From positions 312,012 through 376,011 of the forward strand of contig JAJDCG010000001.1 in NCBI GenBank assembly GCA_029260965.1: DNA of 64,000 nt, read 5' to 3'. A program made the position numbers and the translations under genes. Positions 8,556 to 17,668 of the stretch are shown in pieces (position 1 is the first letter of the stretch; each line of letters opens with the position of its first letter). This DNA is from Candidatus Levyibacteriota bacterium. GTDB lineage: Bacteria; Patescibacteriota; Microgenomatia; Levybacterales; UBA12049. Under the pieces are notes generated by a model. The model saw nothing but the letters and a program-made list of their open reading frames with translations, was not told the DNA's origin and ran no database searches.

Positions 8556-11522
8556 TTAATAATCTTTAAAAGTTTTTTTATATTGATTTTTTGCGTTATT
8601 AAGCTTTATGTTTACTATTTTCTTTCCCGATAAGCCTTTTATTATTATTTCAGGTTTTTTTGTAACTGTTCCAATTTGTTTTATTTTATTTCCACTCATT
8701 GTCTTTTCAAATGCTTTTTTATTTTTGGGTGCGATTGATATTAGAATTCTGCCTTGGCTTTCTGAAAAAAGAGCCAGATCATTTCTTGTGATGCTACCTG
8801 GAAGATTTTCAAGTGACACATCAACACCCAGCATCCCACCAATTGATTTTTTGGCAATAGCAACAGCCAGACCGCCTTTGCCTATGCTGATACTTGATGC
8901 GATCAGTTCTTTTTGAATTGCTTTGTAGAAATCTTTGTACATTTTAAAATTCTTTTTTGTATTTACAATTGGTGTTTTCGTACTGCTGACATTCTTCATA
9001 GATAAATACTCGGATCCTCCCAGCTCATCAAAAGTTTCACCTAGGATATAAATCAAATCATTTTCCTTTTTTGCATCAAGAGAAACTGTTTTGTTTATAT
9101 CCTCAATAACACCAATTGATGAGATCAGAAGGGTTGGGGGAATTGTGACTTTTACTGGTTTGCTGTTTTTGTCAAAACCGTTGAATTCATTAAACATGCT
9201 GTCTTTTCCTGAAATGTAGGGAGTTTGATAATCAACTGCAGTGTCATAGCATGCTTTGGCTGCCATTTTTAGTTGAAAAAGCCTTTGGGGGGTATTGCTT
9301 TCTGTCCAGCAAAAATTATCAAGCAAAGCGATATAGTCAGGATTGCCACCTATTGCAACTGCATTGCGAACTGCTGTATCTATACTTGCTGCAGCCATAG
9401 CATAAGGATTTATGTCAGAGTAGTTTGGATAAAGAGCTTGAGACATCACAACGCCTCTTTGAGACTGAAGAACTGGACGGAAAACAGACGCTTCTGAGTT
9501 TACTCGACCTGATCCCTGGAGTGGCCCGAGGACTGCACCTCCGAGCACTATGTGATCGTACTGGCTAGAGATGAATTCAATGCTGGTTATGTTTAATCTT
9601 GCAAGCATCTGAGAAACAGACATGTTTAGATTCACATCTGTTGGTATTGTTGCCTGGTGCTTGTTGTTTGTTGTTTTGTCAGAAATCATCTTGCGTTGGG
9701 GTAATCCGTCGTGGAGAAATTTCATATCAATATCGAGAATTGTTTTGTTTTTGTATTTTACAATTCCTTTTTTTGAGTTGGTAAATTTACCAATTATCGT
9801 TGCTTCAACGCCTCGTCTTTTCATAAGGGAGTTAAATTTAACCCAGTTTTTTTCTGGAACAGCAAGGGTCATTCTTTCTTGAGATTCTGATATCCAGATT
9901 TCCCAAGGGTCCAGGCCCTGGTATTTGAGTGGGGTTTTTTCAAGATCGAGTACAAATCCTCCTGACTCTTTTGCCATTTCTGAAACAGAGCAAGACAGTC
10001 CTCCTGCTCCATTATCAGTTATGCTGCTGTAGAGAAGTTGATCTCTTGCTTCATTTATAATTGCGTCGCTTAATTTTTTTTGTGTGATAGGATCACCGAT
10101 CTGGACTGCTGCTGCTGGGCTTTTAGTGTTTAGGCTTTCTGAAGAAAAGGTTGCTCCGTGCACACCGTCTTTTCCGACTCTTCCACCGATCATGACTATC
10201 AGGTCACCAGGTTGAGCATTTTTGATGTGTGAGGGTTTATTTTTTATTTTTTTGGGAATAAGACCTATTGTTCCCGCAAAGACAAGCGGTTTTCCTCTGT
10301 AGCCCTCATGGAAATAAACAAATCCCTGAGGTGTTGGGATTCCTGATTGATTACCACCTGCATTTATTCCAGCAATAACCCCATCCATAATTCTGCGGGA
10401 TGAGAGCATTTTTTGAGATTTATTTTTATTTCTATATAAAGGTATGTCTATTGCAGGATCTGCAAGGCAGAATCCATAAAAATTTGCAACCGGTTTGGCT
10501 CCAAGTCCAAATCCCAGTGTGTCGCGATTGACACCTACTATTCCAGTTATTGCTCCGCCAAATGGATCAAGAGCTGATGGGCTGTTGTGTGTTTCGACTT
10601 TATGAGTGATTAAATAATTTTCATCAAACGAAATGCCACCTGAATTGTCAGTGAATACTGATACGCAAAAATCTTTCTTTCCTTTAATTTTCCTTATTTT
10701 TTCAGTTGCGCCCTTGATGTAGGTTTTATATAGCCCATTTTTAATATTGTCGATTGGATCATTAAAAATAGTGTGCTTACAATGCTCAGACCATGTTTGG
10801 GCAAGTGATTCCAGCTCTATATCAGTTGGGCTTCTTCCAAGTTTTTTAAAATATTTTTGAATGGTTTTCATGAATGAAAGATCAAGTGCTAGGGGGCCAC
10901 GAGTTGTTCCGTCCTGGTTTTGGATTCCATTTTTTCCTATTTTTGCTAGCTCTTCATCGCTGATATTTAGATTTATCTCAATGACTTTTGGTTGATGCTT
11001 TATATCTACTTTTGGAACGAATAAATCCATTCCGCCGTCTTTTAGGAATTGCTGATAGCTCTTGATGTGGGCTCTCTGGATAAGAGGATTGTAAAGAGTT
11101 AGCGATATTTCTTTTGCGTCTTTTTCAGACACTTTGCCTGTCAAAAAGGTTACTTGAGACGAGTAGACATCTTCACCGTTCCTAAATTTTGTTTTTAGAC
11201 TATCTTCAATTATTTCTTTTGCAGTATGTCCGATGTTGTCTGTAACTCCAGGTAAAAATCCAATCTCAATTGCAAAGGTGAATTTTTTAGGAGGTGTAAA
11301 TCTAGCTTTTTCTGTTTGAAAGACAACTGATTGGGTTAGGGGATTTGATAGTTTTTTCCCGATTGATATCAGTTGTTTATCATCTAGTTTTTTTGCAACA
11401 GTATAAATGTCATAGATCCAAAGATCTTTTATTTTTTTAAATCCCTGATTTTTCAGTTTATCGATACGATTTTTGGCTCTGGTATCAAAAACATTTGTAA
11501 TTATTCCAATTCTTGCTGTCAT
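8556..11522 (-). CDS. purL: FGAM synthase PurL with N-terminal PurS-like extension
   Basis: QTWSEHCKH, ETHNSPS, DNGAGG, SESQERM, GKDSM; N-terminal LPGVTD PurS-like motif. Confidence 0.96.
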   Translation of the reverse strand: MTARIGIITNVFDTRAKNRIDKLKNQGFKKIKDLWIYDIYTVAKKLDDKQLISIGKKLSNPLTQSVVFQTEKARFTPPKKFTFAIEIGFLPGVTDNIGHTAKEIIEDSLKTKFRNGEDVYSSQVTFLTGKVSEKDAKEISLTLYNPLIQRAHIKSYQQFLKDGGMDLFVPKVDIKHQPKVIEINLNISDEELAKIGKNGIQNQDGTTRGPLALDLSFMKTIQKYFKKLGRSPTDIELESLAQTWSEHCKHTIFNDPIDNIKNGLYKTYIKGATEKIRKIKGKKDFCVSVFTDNSGGISFDENYLITHKVETHNSPSALDPFGGAITGIVGVNRDTLGFGLGAKPVANFYGFCLADPAIDIPLYRNKNKSQKMLSSRRIMDGVIAGINAGGNQSGIPTPQGFVYFHEGYRGKPLVFAGTIGLIPKKIKNKPSHIKNAQPGDLIVMIGGRVGKDGVHGATFSSESLNTKSPAAAVQIGDPITQKKLSDAIINEARDQLLYSSITDNGAGGLSCSVSEMAKESGGFVLDLEKTPLKYQGLDPWEIWISESQERMTLAVPEKNWVKFNSLMKRRGVEATIIGKFTNSKKGIVKYKNKTILDIDMKFLHDGLPQRKMISDKTTNNKHQATIPTDVNLNMSVSQMLARLNITSIEFISSQYDHIVLGGAVLGPLQGSGRVNSEASVFRPVLQSQRGVVMSQALYPNYSDINPYAMAAASIDTAVRNAVAIGGNPDYIALLDNFCWTESNTPQRLFQLKMAAKACYDTAVDYQTPYISGKDSMFNEFNGFDKNSKPVKVTIPPTLLISSIGVIEDINKTVSLDAKKENDLIYILGETFDELGGSEYLSMKNVSSTKTPIVNTKKNFKMYKDFYKAIQKELIASSISIGKGGLAVAIAKKSIGGMLGVDVSLENLPGSITRNDLALFSESQGRILISIAPKNKKAFEKTMSGNKIKQIGTVTKKPEIIIKGLSGKKIVNIKLNNAKNQYKKTFKDY

Positions 11523-12793
11523 AATCTGCCTATATCTGATCTGTATTGCATTCCCTCAAAATGTATTCCGTTTGGGCCAATTGTACTGTAAGCCTTTTTT
11601 AGGGCCTCATTTAGAGTTTCACCTGTTGCTGTTATGCCCAGGACCCGACCGCCGTTTGTGACAAAATTGTTTCCATTTTTTTTGGTAGCAAAGTGAAAGG
11701 TAGTAATTTCGGGATCATGGGCAAATTTCTCCAATCCGTTGATTGCAATCCCTTTTTGCGAACTGACGGGATAACCATTTGATGCAAGGACAATGCAACA
11801 AGCGATTTTTTTTGACCATTTTATATTTATTTCCGAAAGTTTTTTTTCTACGCAAGCGTTTAATATTTCAAAAATATCTGTCTCAAGAAGTCTCATGTAG
11901 GACTCCATTTCTGGATCACCAAAGCGTGAATTAAATTCAATTACTTTCGGTCCGTCTTTTGTCATCATCAATCCTGGATAAAGGCATCCTGTAAAGGGAA
12001 TTCCCATTTTTTTCATTCCCTGAATTGCTGGAGTCACAATTTTTTCTTTTATTTCATTAATTTCTTTTTCTGATATTTCAGAAAGTGGCGCGATAGTTCC
12101 CATGCCACCGGTATTGGGACCTCTATTGCCATCGTGAATTGGTTTGTGATCTCTTGCTGTTGGGAAAAGTGAAATTGTTTTTCCGTCAGAGAATGCATGG
12201 ATTGAAACTTCCTTACCCTCCAGATATTCCTCGATTACTATTTCCGCTCCAGCATCACCAAAAACTTTTTTGATCATCGCATCATTAATTGCGCTGATTG
12301 CTTCATTGATTGTTTTTGCAACAACAACGCCTTTGCCCAATGCGAGGCCTGATGCTTTTATGACAATGGGTGCTCCATGTTTTCTTGTATAATCTTTCGC
12401 TTTTTCAGCATCAGTAAACGTTTTGTATCTTGCTGTTGGTATATTATTTTCCCTCATCAGGTTTTTTGCAAACGCTTTTGATGACTCAATTTGCGCAGCT
12501 TCTTTTGTGGGACCAAAAATTTTGAGTTCATGTTTCTCAAAGGTGTTTACTATGCCAGATGCTAAGACATCATCAGGTCCGGCAATAGTTAGGTCAATCG
12601 AGTTTTCTTTTACGAATTTGATGAGGGATTCAAAATCAAATGGGTTGATGTCTGTGTTTTTTCCGACCAGCTCAGTGCCTGCTGTTCCTGGGGCAAAATA
12701 AATATTGTTAACCTTTGGTGATTGTTTTAATTTCCAGCCCAATGCATGTTCTCGTCCTCCTGATCCAATAATTAATATGTTGTTTTTTACCAT
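11519..12793 (-). CDS. purD: GAR synthetase
   Basis: GSGGREHA, GLALGKGV, GPNTGGMG, EFNSRFGDPE, TNGGRVL. Confidence 0.97.
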   Translation of the reverse strand: MVKNNILIIGSGGREHALGWKLKQSPKVNNIYFAPGTAGTELVGKNTDINPFDFESLIKFVKENSIDLTIAGPDDVLASGIVNTFEKHELKIFGPTKEAAQIESSKAFAKNLMRENNIPTARYKTFTDAEKAKDYTRKHGAPIVIKASGLALGKGVVVAKTINEAISAINDAMIKKVFGDAGAEIVIEEYLEGKEVSIHAFSDGKTISLFPTARDHKPIHDGNRGPNTGGMGTIAPLSEISEKEINEIKEKIVTPAIQGMKKMGIPFTGCLYPGLMMTKDGPKVIEFNSRFGDPEMESYMRLLETDIFEILNACVEKKLSEINIKWSKKIACCIVLASNGYPVSSQKGIAINGLEKFAHDPEITTFHFATKKNGNNFVTNGGRVLGITATGETLNEALKKAYSTIGPNGIHFEGMQYRSDIGRL

Positions 12794-14916
12794 ACAAAAT
12801 CTCCTTTACTGATATCGATATTTTGGCTAATAACGTGAAGTACTCTTTTTATAGCTGTTGGTAAAACCTGGTATTCTGTTTCATGTATTTTTTTCTCCCA
12901 TGTTTCAAATGAATCGTTTTTGTGTCTGGCAACCTCTGATTTTAATATAATCGGGCCTATATCAAAATTTTCGCTTGGAATCACTTGATGAACAGTGACA
13001 CCTGATACTGGAAGATTTTGATCATACGCTTCTCTTATTGCGTGAGCGCCTCTGATTACGGGAATTTTTCCTTTGGATGTGCGGATTGTTTCTTTGAATT
13101 CTTTTGTCATTAGTGAAGGGTGGAGATTTATTACTGGTATTTCAAGGTTCTGCATTTCTTTGAGGAATTTATATCCTAGTACCAACATCCAGCCTGACAA
13201 TATAATGAGGTCAGGGTTTGTATTTTTAACCTCAGCAGTCAATTTTTCTTCATAGTTTTCACGTGTTTTTTTATCTGAAAGTTTACCCTGGTATGGAATT
13301 ATTGATATCGGAATATTATGTTTTTTGGCTCTAATTGTAGCGTATGCATCTTCCTTATTGGAGAGGACAGATATAATTTTTGCGTTTATATCGTTAGACT
13401 CAATACGATCTATTATTTTTTGTAAATTTGTTCCTGATCCTGAAACAAAGATAGAGATTTTGGGCTTGCTATTTATTTTTTTATGCATTTTTTTAAATAC
13501 AAATTGTTCGTCTCTTACAGGATGTGGGCCACCGAAAATGTAGTGATAAAAATCTTCTTTTTTACCACCCATTGCAAGTGCTGTTTCTTCAATGGGTAGG
13601 TATATTACTTCATCTGCTTTGACTTTTTTTGCCATTTCTTTTTCTATAATTTCAATTGGTTCATTTTCAAATGCGGATGCAGCCAATTCTTGTTTAGTTC
13701 TCATATCAATTCCTAAATCGCATTGATTCACAACAGGAGGGGATGCAAAAGCCATATATATTTTTTCAGCACCAGCATCTCTGATGTCTCTTGCTAGTAT
13801 TGTGCTTGTTGTTAGTCTGACTGCAGAGTCGTCAACAACTATCACTTTTTTTCCTCTGATCTCATCAGCAACAACATTATGCTTACCACTTACTGCTGCA
13901 ATTCGGTTCTCTTGACCAGGTCTTATAAAGGTGCGTCCGACATAGTGACTTGTGGTAATAGCATCAACAATAGGAATATCAAGTTCTTTGGCAACTCCTT
14001 TGGCAGCAGGATACCCAGAGTCGAAAATGGGGATAACAATATCTGCCTTGATTCCCTTGTTTCTTATCCGTGTTCCTAGGAACTTTCCTGATTTTTCTCG
14101 TCCTGCTTTTACTCTTTTACCGTTTGCAAAACTGTCAGGGCGTGAGAAGTAAATTCCCTCAAAGATGCACGGCTGTGGTTTTTTAACAGTCCCGAAAAAC
14201 TGAGAATTGATAGTGCCTTCATCGTCAATGCGTATTATTTCCCCGGGTATGATGTCGCGTAGGTATTCTGCTTTTAGAATATCTAAAGCAACCGATTCAG
14301 ATGCCATAACCCATCCGTCATGAAGTTTTCCAAGGCAGAATGGTCTGATACCGTATGGGTCTCTAATGCCGAATAGTTCATTGTCATTAGTGACAATAAC
14401 TAGGTTGTATGCGCCGTTGAAAAGGGGCATACATTTTTTTATAGTATCTATCCAAGTTTTATATTTTGGTCTTTCCTGGATCAAAAATTCTGCAACAATG
14501 TTCGTATCGCTATCTTGTTGTTTTTTATTTTTTAAAAGTTTTATTACATTTGAAACATCAGGAATATTTCCGTTGTGGCCTATTGATATCTCAAATTTTC
14601 CATTTTTCAGGTGAATTGGCTGAGCATTGTTTAAAGAAGATTGTCCAAAAGTACCGTATCTGTTTTGACCTATCGCAAACTTACTTTTGCCGAATTTTTT
14701 TACAACCTTGTCATTGAGAACGTGTGGTATGAGTCCCATGTTTTTGTAGGTTAAAATTTTATTTTTTGCTCCAATAACACTCATACCAGCACTTTCTAAT
14801 CCACGGTGTTGGAGTGTGGCGAGACCTGATCTCGCATAGTATGCTGCATTGCTATCAGCGGTGTAGATACCGATGACTCCACATTTTTCATGAATATCTA
14901 ATTTGCTGTTTCTCAT
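12787..14916 (-). CDS. purF: Amidophosphoribosyltransferase fused to C-terminal GAR transformylase (PurF-PurN)
   Basis: 11-aa propeptide then CGV, LQHRG, HNGN, RDPYGIRP, YFSRPDS, VGRTFI; C-terminal ISIFVSGSGTNLQ, LSGWM, NLHPSL, G.TVH, D.GPII of PurN. Confidence 0.93.
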   Translation of the reverse strand: MRNSKLDIHEKCGVIGIYTADSNAAYYARSGLATLQHRGLESAGMSVIGAKNKILTYKNMGLIPHVLNDKVVKKFGKSKFAIGQNRYGTFGQSSLNNAQPIHLKNGKFEISIGHNGNIPDVSNVIKLLKNKKQQDSDTNIVAEFLIQERPKYKTWIDTIKKCMPLFNGAYNLVIVTNDNELFGIRDPYGIRPFCLGKLHDGWVMASESVALDILKAEYLRDIIPGEIIRIDDEGTINSQFFGTVKKPQPCIFEGIYFSRPDSFANGKRVKAGREKSGKFLGTRIRNKGIKADIVIPIFDSGYPAAKGVAKELDIPIVDAITTSHYVGRTFIRPGQENRIAAVSGKHNVVADEIRGKKVIVVDDSAVRLTTSTILARDIRDAGAEKIYMAFASPPVVNQCDLGIDMRTKQELAASAFENEPIEIIEKEMAKKVKADEVIYLPIEETALAMGGKKEDFYHYIFGGPHPVRDEQFVFKKMHKKINSKPKISIFVSGSGTNLQKIIDRIESNDINAKIISVLSNKEDAYATIRAKKHNIPISIIPYQGKLSDKKTRENYEEKLTAEVKNTNPDLIILSGWMLVLGYKFLKEMQNLEIPVINLHPSLMTKEFKETIRTSKGKIPVIRGAHAIREAYDQNLPVSGVTVHQVIPSENFDIGPIILKSEVARHKNDSFETWEKKIHETEYQVLPTAIKRVLHVISQNIDISKGDFVW

Positions 14917-14925
14917 AAGTATGAA

Positions 14926-15051
14926 TTATAAAAAAATAATTCTAAAGTTTTCTGATTTTGGGACGAAAAACCCCGCGTCGTAGCGGGGCTGCAAAAATTT
15001 AATGATATCTATTTTTAATAATCTTGAAATTATGGACCATGTAGTTTCCAT
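14926..15051 (-). CDS. Putative 41-aa leaderless leader peptide METTWSIISRLLKIDIIKFLQPRYDAGFFVPKSENFRIIFL
   Basis: ATG 5 nt after a perfect -10; reads through terminator hairpin; TAA 9 nt before purF ATG. Confidence 0.5.
   Translation of the reverse strand: METTWSIISRLLKIDIIKFLQPRYDAGFFVPKSENFRIIFL
14966..14989 (-). terminator. Intrinsic terminator inside pur operon leader
   Basis: Minus strand GCCCCGC-TACGAC-GCGGGG-TTTTT in otherwise very AT-rich DNA, between promoter and purF. Confidence 0.75.
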
Positions 15052-15056
15052 ACATG

Positions 15057-15085
15057 ATTATAATTCATTTGAGTTTTGGTGTCAA
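15057..15085 (-). promoter_or_regulatory. Consensus sigma70 promoter of pur operon
   Basis: TTGACA-17 nt-TATAAT, exact consensus. Confidence 0.88.
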
Positions 15086-15117
15086 TTATCTTTCAAAATT
15101 GCTATCATTATAATGAC

Positions 15118-15465
15118 GTGAAGAAAATAGTTATTAGAAATATATTTGTCATATCTATAATTTTTCTTATTGTTTTTTTAGTTTCAGCAAATGAAGAGTA
15201 TATCAGAAGGAAAGCTATTTCTCTTCTGGGAGATGGTACTTCTCAGGTAAGGGGTGCTAGCACAGAGAAGGGGGAAGAGGTATCAGGAAAGATCAGCTCA
15301 GATATTGGCGACCAAATGAGCTTAATAAAAGATGATTTGCTTGACATAAGAATAGGGGACATTATGGATGGTTTGTCTCGTGCTAGAAAAATTTCTCATG
15401 ACCTTAGTCAAGTAAGTATTTATATTCGAGATAAAGTTGATGGTGTGTTACAATCTGATAAATAA
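15118..15465 (+). CDS. Hypothetical single-pass membrane protein
   Basis: ORF with N-terminal TM and QVRGAST motif; GTG start at 15118 preferred over 15076. Confidence 0.7.
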   Translation: MKKIVIRNIFVISIIFLIVFLVSANEEYIRRKAISLLGDGTSQVRGASTEKGEEVSGKISSDIGDQMSLIKDDLLDIRIGDIMDGLSRARKISHDLSQVSIYIRDKVDGVLQSDK

Positions 15466-15468
15466 TTT

Positions 15469-16470
15469 ATGGATGATTTAAAAACTAGACTTAAAAAAAT
15501 ACTAGAAAGAATAGATCCTGATTCTCAAAAAGCAAAAATAAGAGAACTAACAGCAGAAAGTATGAAGCCGGATTTTTGGCAGGATCACCAGAAAGCTGCA
15601 AAAAAGATGAAAGAGCTGTCTGATTTACAAAATGAGGTAGACGAGGCGGAGAAGTTGTTTGTTTTTGTTGAGGAAGGAAATGAAAAAGAAGCAGAAAAGC
15701 TGTTAAAAAAAATGGAGACTATATTATTCTTTTCAGGGGAGCACGATAGTGCAAATGCAATAGTTGGAATCCACTCAGGGCAGGGTGGGACAGAGGCAAT
15801 GGATTGGGCTGAGATGCTTTTTCGTATGTATACGAGATATTTTGAGAAAAAGGGCTGGAGCTATGAAATACTTGATCAGACAACAGGTGAAGAAGCTGGA
15901 ATAAAAAGCATAACAATTGCAATTAGTGGGAAATATGCTTATGGTTATCTCAAGCATGAGGCAGGCGCGCATCGATTGGTGCGTCAGTCACCGTTTAATG
16001 CTGATAAATTGCGTCAAACATCATTTGCATTAGTTGAGGTAATGCCTGAAGTTGAGGATGCAAAAATTGAGCTCAGAGATGATGATATCGAATTCGAAGC
16101 TTTTAGATCTGGTGGTCATGGGGGTCAAAATGTAAATAAGGTTTCGACCGCAGTGCGCTTGAAGCACAAGCCAACCGGAATTGCAGTTGCGGCATCGGTT
16201 GAAAGATCGCAAATTCAGAATAGGGAATTTGCCATGAAGTTGCTTCGCGCAAAATTGTGGGCAATTGAGGAAGAAAAGCAAAAGAAAAAGGAGGCTGAGC
16301 TAAAAGGTGGATACAAAACCCCAGGTTGGGGAAATCAGATCCGCTCATACGTATTGCATCCATACAAAATGGTTAAGGACCTCAGGACTCAAGTTGAAAC
16401 AGGAAACACCGACGCAGTGCTTGATGGGGATTTGGATATGTTTATTGAAGAAGAACTGAGGAGTTTATAA
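15469..16470 (+). CDS. prfB: Peptide chain release factor 2
   Basis: SPF specificity motif, [16 protein letters not shown]. Confidence 0.97.
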   Translation: MDDLKTRLKKILERIDPDSQKAKIRELTAESMKPDFWQDHQKAAKKMKELSDLQNEVDEAEKLFVFVEEGNEKEAEKLLKKMETILFFSGEHDSANAIVGIHSGQGGTEAMDWAEMLFRMYTRYFEKKGWSYEILDQTTGEEAGIKSITIAISGKYAYGYLKHEAGAHRLVRQSPFNADKLRQTSFALVEVMPEVEDAKIELRDDDIEFEAFRSGGHGGQNVNKVSTAVRLKHKPTGIAVAASVERSQIQNREFAMKLLRAKLWAIEEEKQKKKEAELKGGYKTPGWGNQIRSYVLHPYKMVKDLRTQVETGNTDAVLDGDLDMFIEEELRSL

Positions 16471-16890
16471 ATCTTTGGTGAAGTAATAGCCTCTTTTTAC
16501 ATAATCAAGATTTTTATAAAAGATGTGGGCTATTTTATGATCTTTGCCTGATTGAATAAAGATGCCTTTGCAATTTAGTTCTTTTGTCTTCTTTTCAATT
16601 TTTTTAATTAGAGCTTTACCTATTCCGTGTTTTCTGTATTCTTCTAACACAAAAAGCTCATCTAGTTCGGCAATTGATTTGGAATATCTCACAACATTTC
16701 TAACTGATAAAGTTGCAAAACCAATCAGTTTTTCTTTGTCTGTTGCGACATAAATATAGCTATTAGAGTTTTTTAAAACAATTTTGAAAGAGTCGCTATC
16801 AGGTTTTAAAAATCTATCATCTCCAACAAAAAGCGTAAATAGCTTCATTAGTTCTTTATAATCTGTTAATTTTACAGGTCTAATATCCAT
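16465..16890 (-). CDS. GNAT family acetyltransferase
   Basis: [16 protein letters not shown] acetyl-CoA motif, AHIFY. Confidence 0.9.
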   Translation of the reverse strand: MDIRPVKLTDYKELMKLFTLFVGDDRFLKPDSDSFKIVLKNSNSYIYVATDKEKLIGFATLSVRNVVRYSKSIAELDELFVLEEYRKHGIGKALIKKIEKKTKELNCKGIFIQSGKDHKIAHIFYKNLDYVKRGYYFTKDL

Positions 16891-16906
16891 AATTTTATTA
16901 TATCAA

Positions 16907-17662
16907 TTATTTTCCGCCTCCGCCTTTTTGCCATTTGACTGCTGTCAGGAATTTGCCGTAGAGATCCTTTTCCATGGGCCAGATTACAGCATCTAGTTCT
17001 TTTTTGTTTGGGACTCTATCTTGAAATTTTACAAACGACAGGTCTGTGAAGACAGAGAGTGGGGTTTGTTCTTGAGCTTCCCCCATGGCAAGCGCTGCTG
17101 CAGTTGCCAGTGAGTCAATGACATTTACTTTTATCCACTCAATATTGCGACCAAAAATATCTTTTTCACCGACATGGTTCTTGACTGCTTCAAATCCACA
17201 CCAACTCATACCAAAACCTAGAGTTCCAGTTCGTCCTGGATTGAACCTGCTGTCAGTTATAATTATTCCCAGATTTTTTAGTTTATGTTTATTTTTTAGA
17301 TATTCCCAGATATCGTTTGTTTTTTTCTGGAGATTTCGCGGCCAGAGAATATAATTCCCATCAGCGTTTGATTCATCAATTCCTGCGGTAAAAACTATGT
17401 GTCCGTTTTTGCGAGTTAAAAATACTTTTCCATACGGTGTTGGGACTGGCGCCTCTACGTATGAATCAGCTTCTTTCTTGATAAGTTCGTCTTTATCGGA
17501 GACATCTTTAACAGGGATTACATCTTTCTGGGTTATGCTTATGATTTTGGATGTGATTGCAACGATTGATTTATCTTTGAGATTTGGTAAATACTTATCG
17601 AGGATTTTATAAATATTATCTCTAGTTTTTATTTTGTGGGTTTTGTATGATTTGACAATCAT
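16907..17662 (-). CDS. CofE/F420-0 gamma-glutamyl ligase family (putative folate gamma-glutamate ligase)
   Basis: TSKIIS, AGIDESN, IITDS, G.KDIFGR, MGE..EQTP. Confidence 0.88.
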   Translation of the reverse strand: MIVKSYKTHKIKTRDNIYKILDKYLPNLKDKSIVAITSKIISITQKDVIPVKDVSDKDELIKKEADSYVEAPVPTPYGKVFLTRKNGHIVFTAGIDESNADGNYILWPRNLQKKTNDIWEYLKNKHKLKNLGIIITDSRFNPGRTGTLGFGMSWCGFEAVKNHVGEKDIFGRNIEWIKVNVIDSLATAAALAMGEAQEQTPLSVFTDLSFVKFQDRVPNKKELDAVIWPMEKDLYGKFLTAVKWQKGGGGK

Positions 17663-17668
17663 GAAATT

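Noticed and set aside
7-14717. Many 60-110 aa ORFs overlapping pur genes
   Set aside because: Antisense or alternate-frame shadows of confidently identified genes; the same applies to similar ORFs across the window
14917-15075. Guanine, ZTP or PRPP riboswitch upstream of purF
   Set aside because: No recognisable aptamer consensus; the ~60 nt before the terminator are too AU-rich (Rfam not run)
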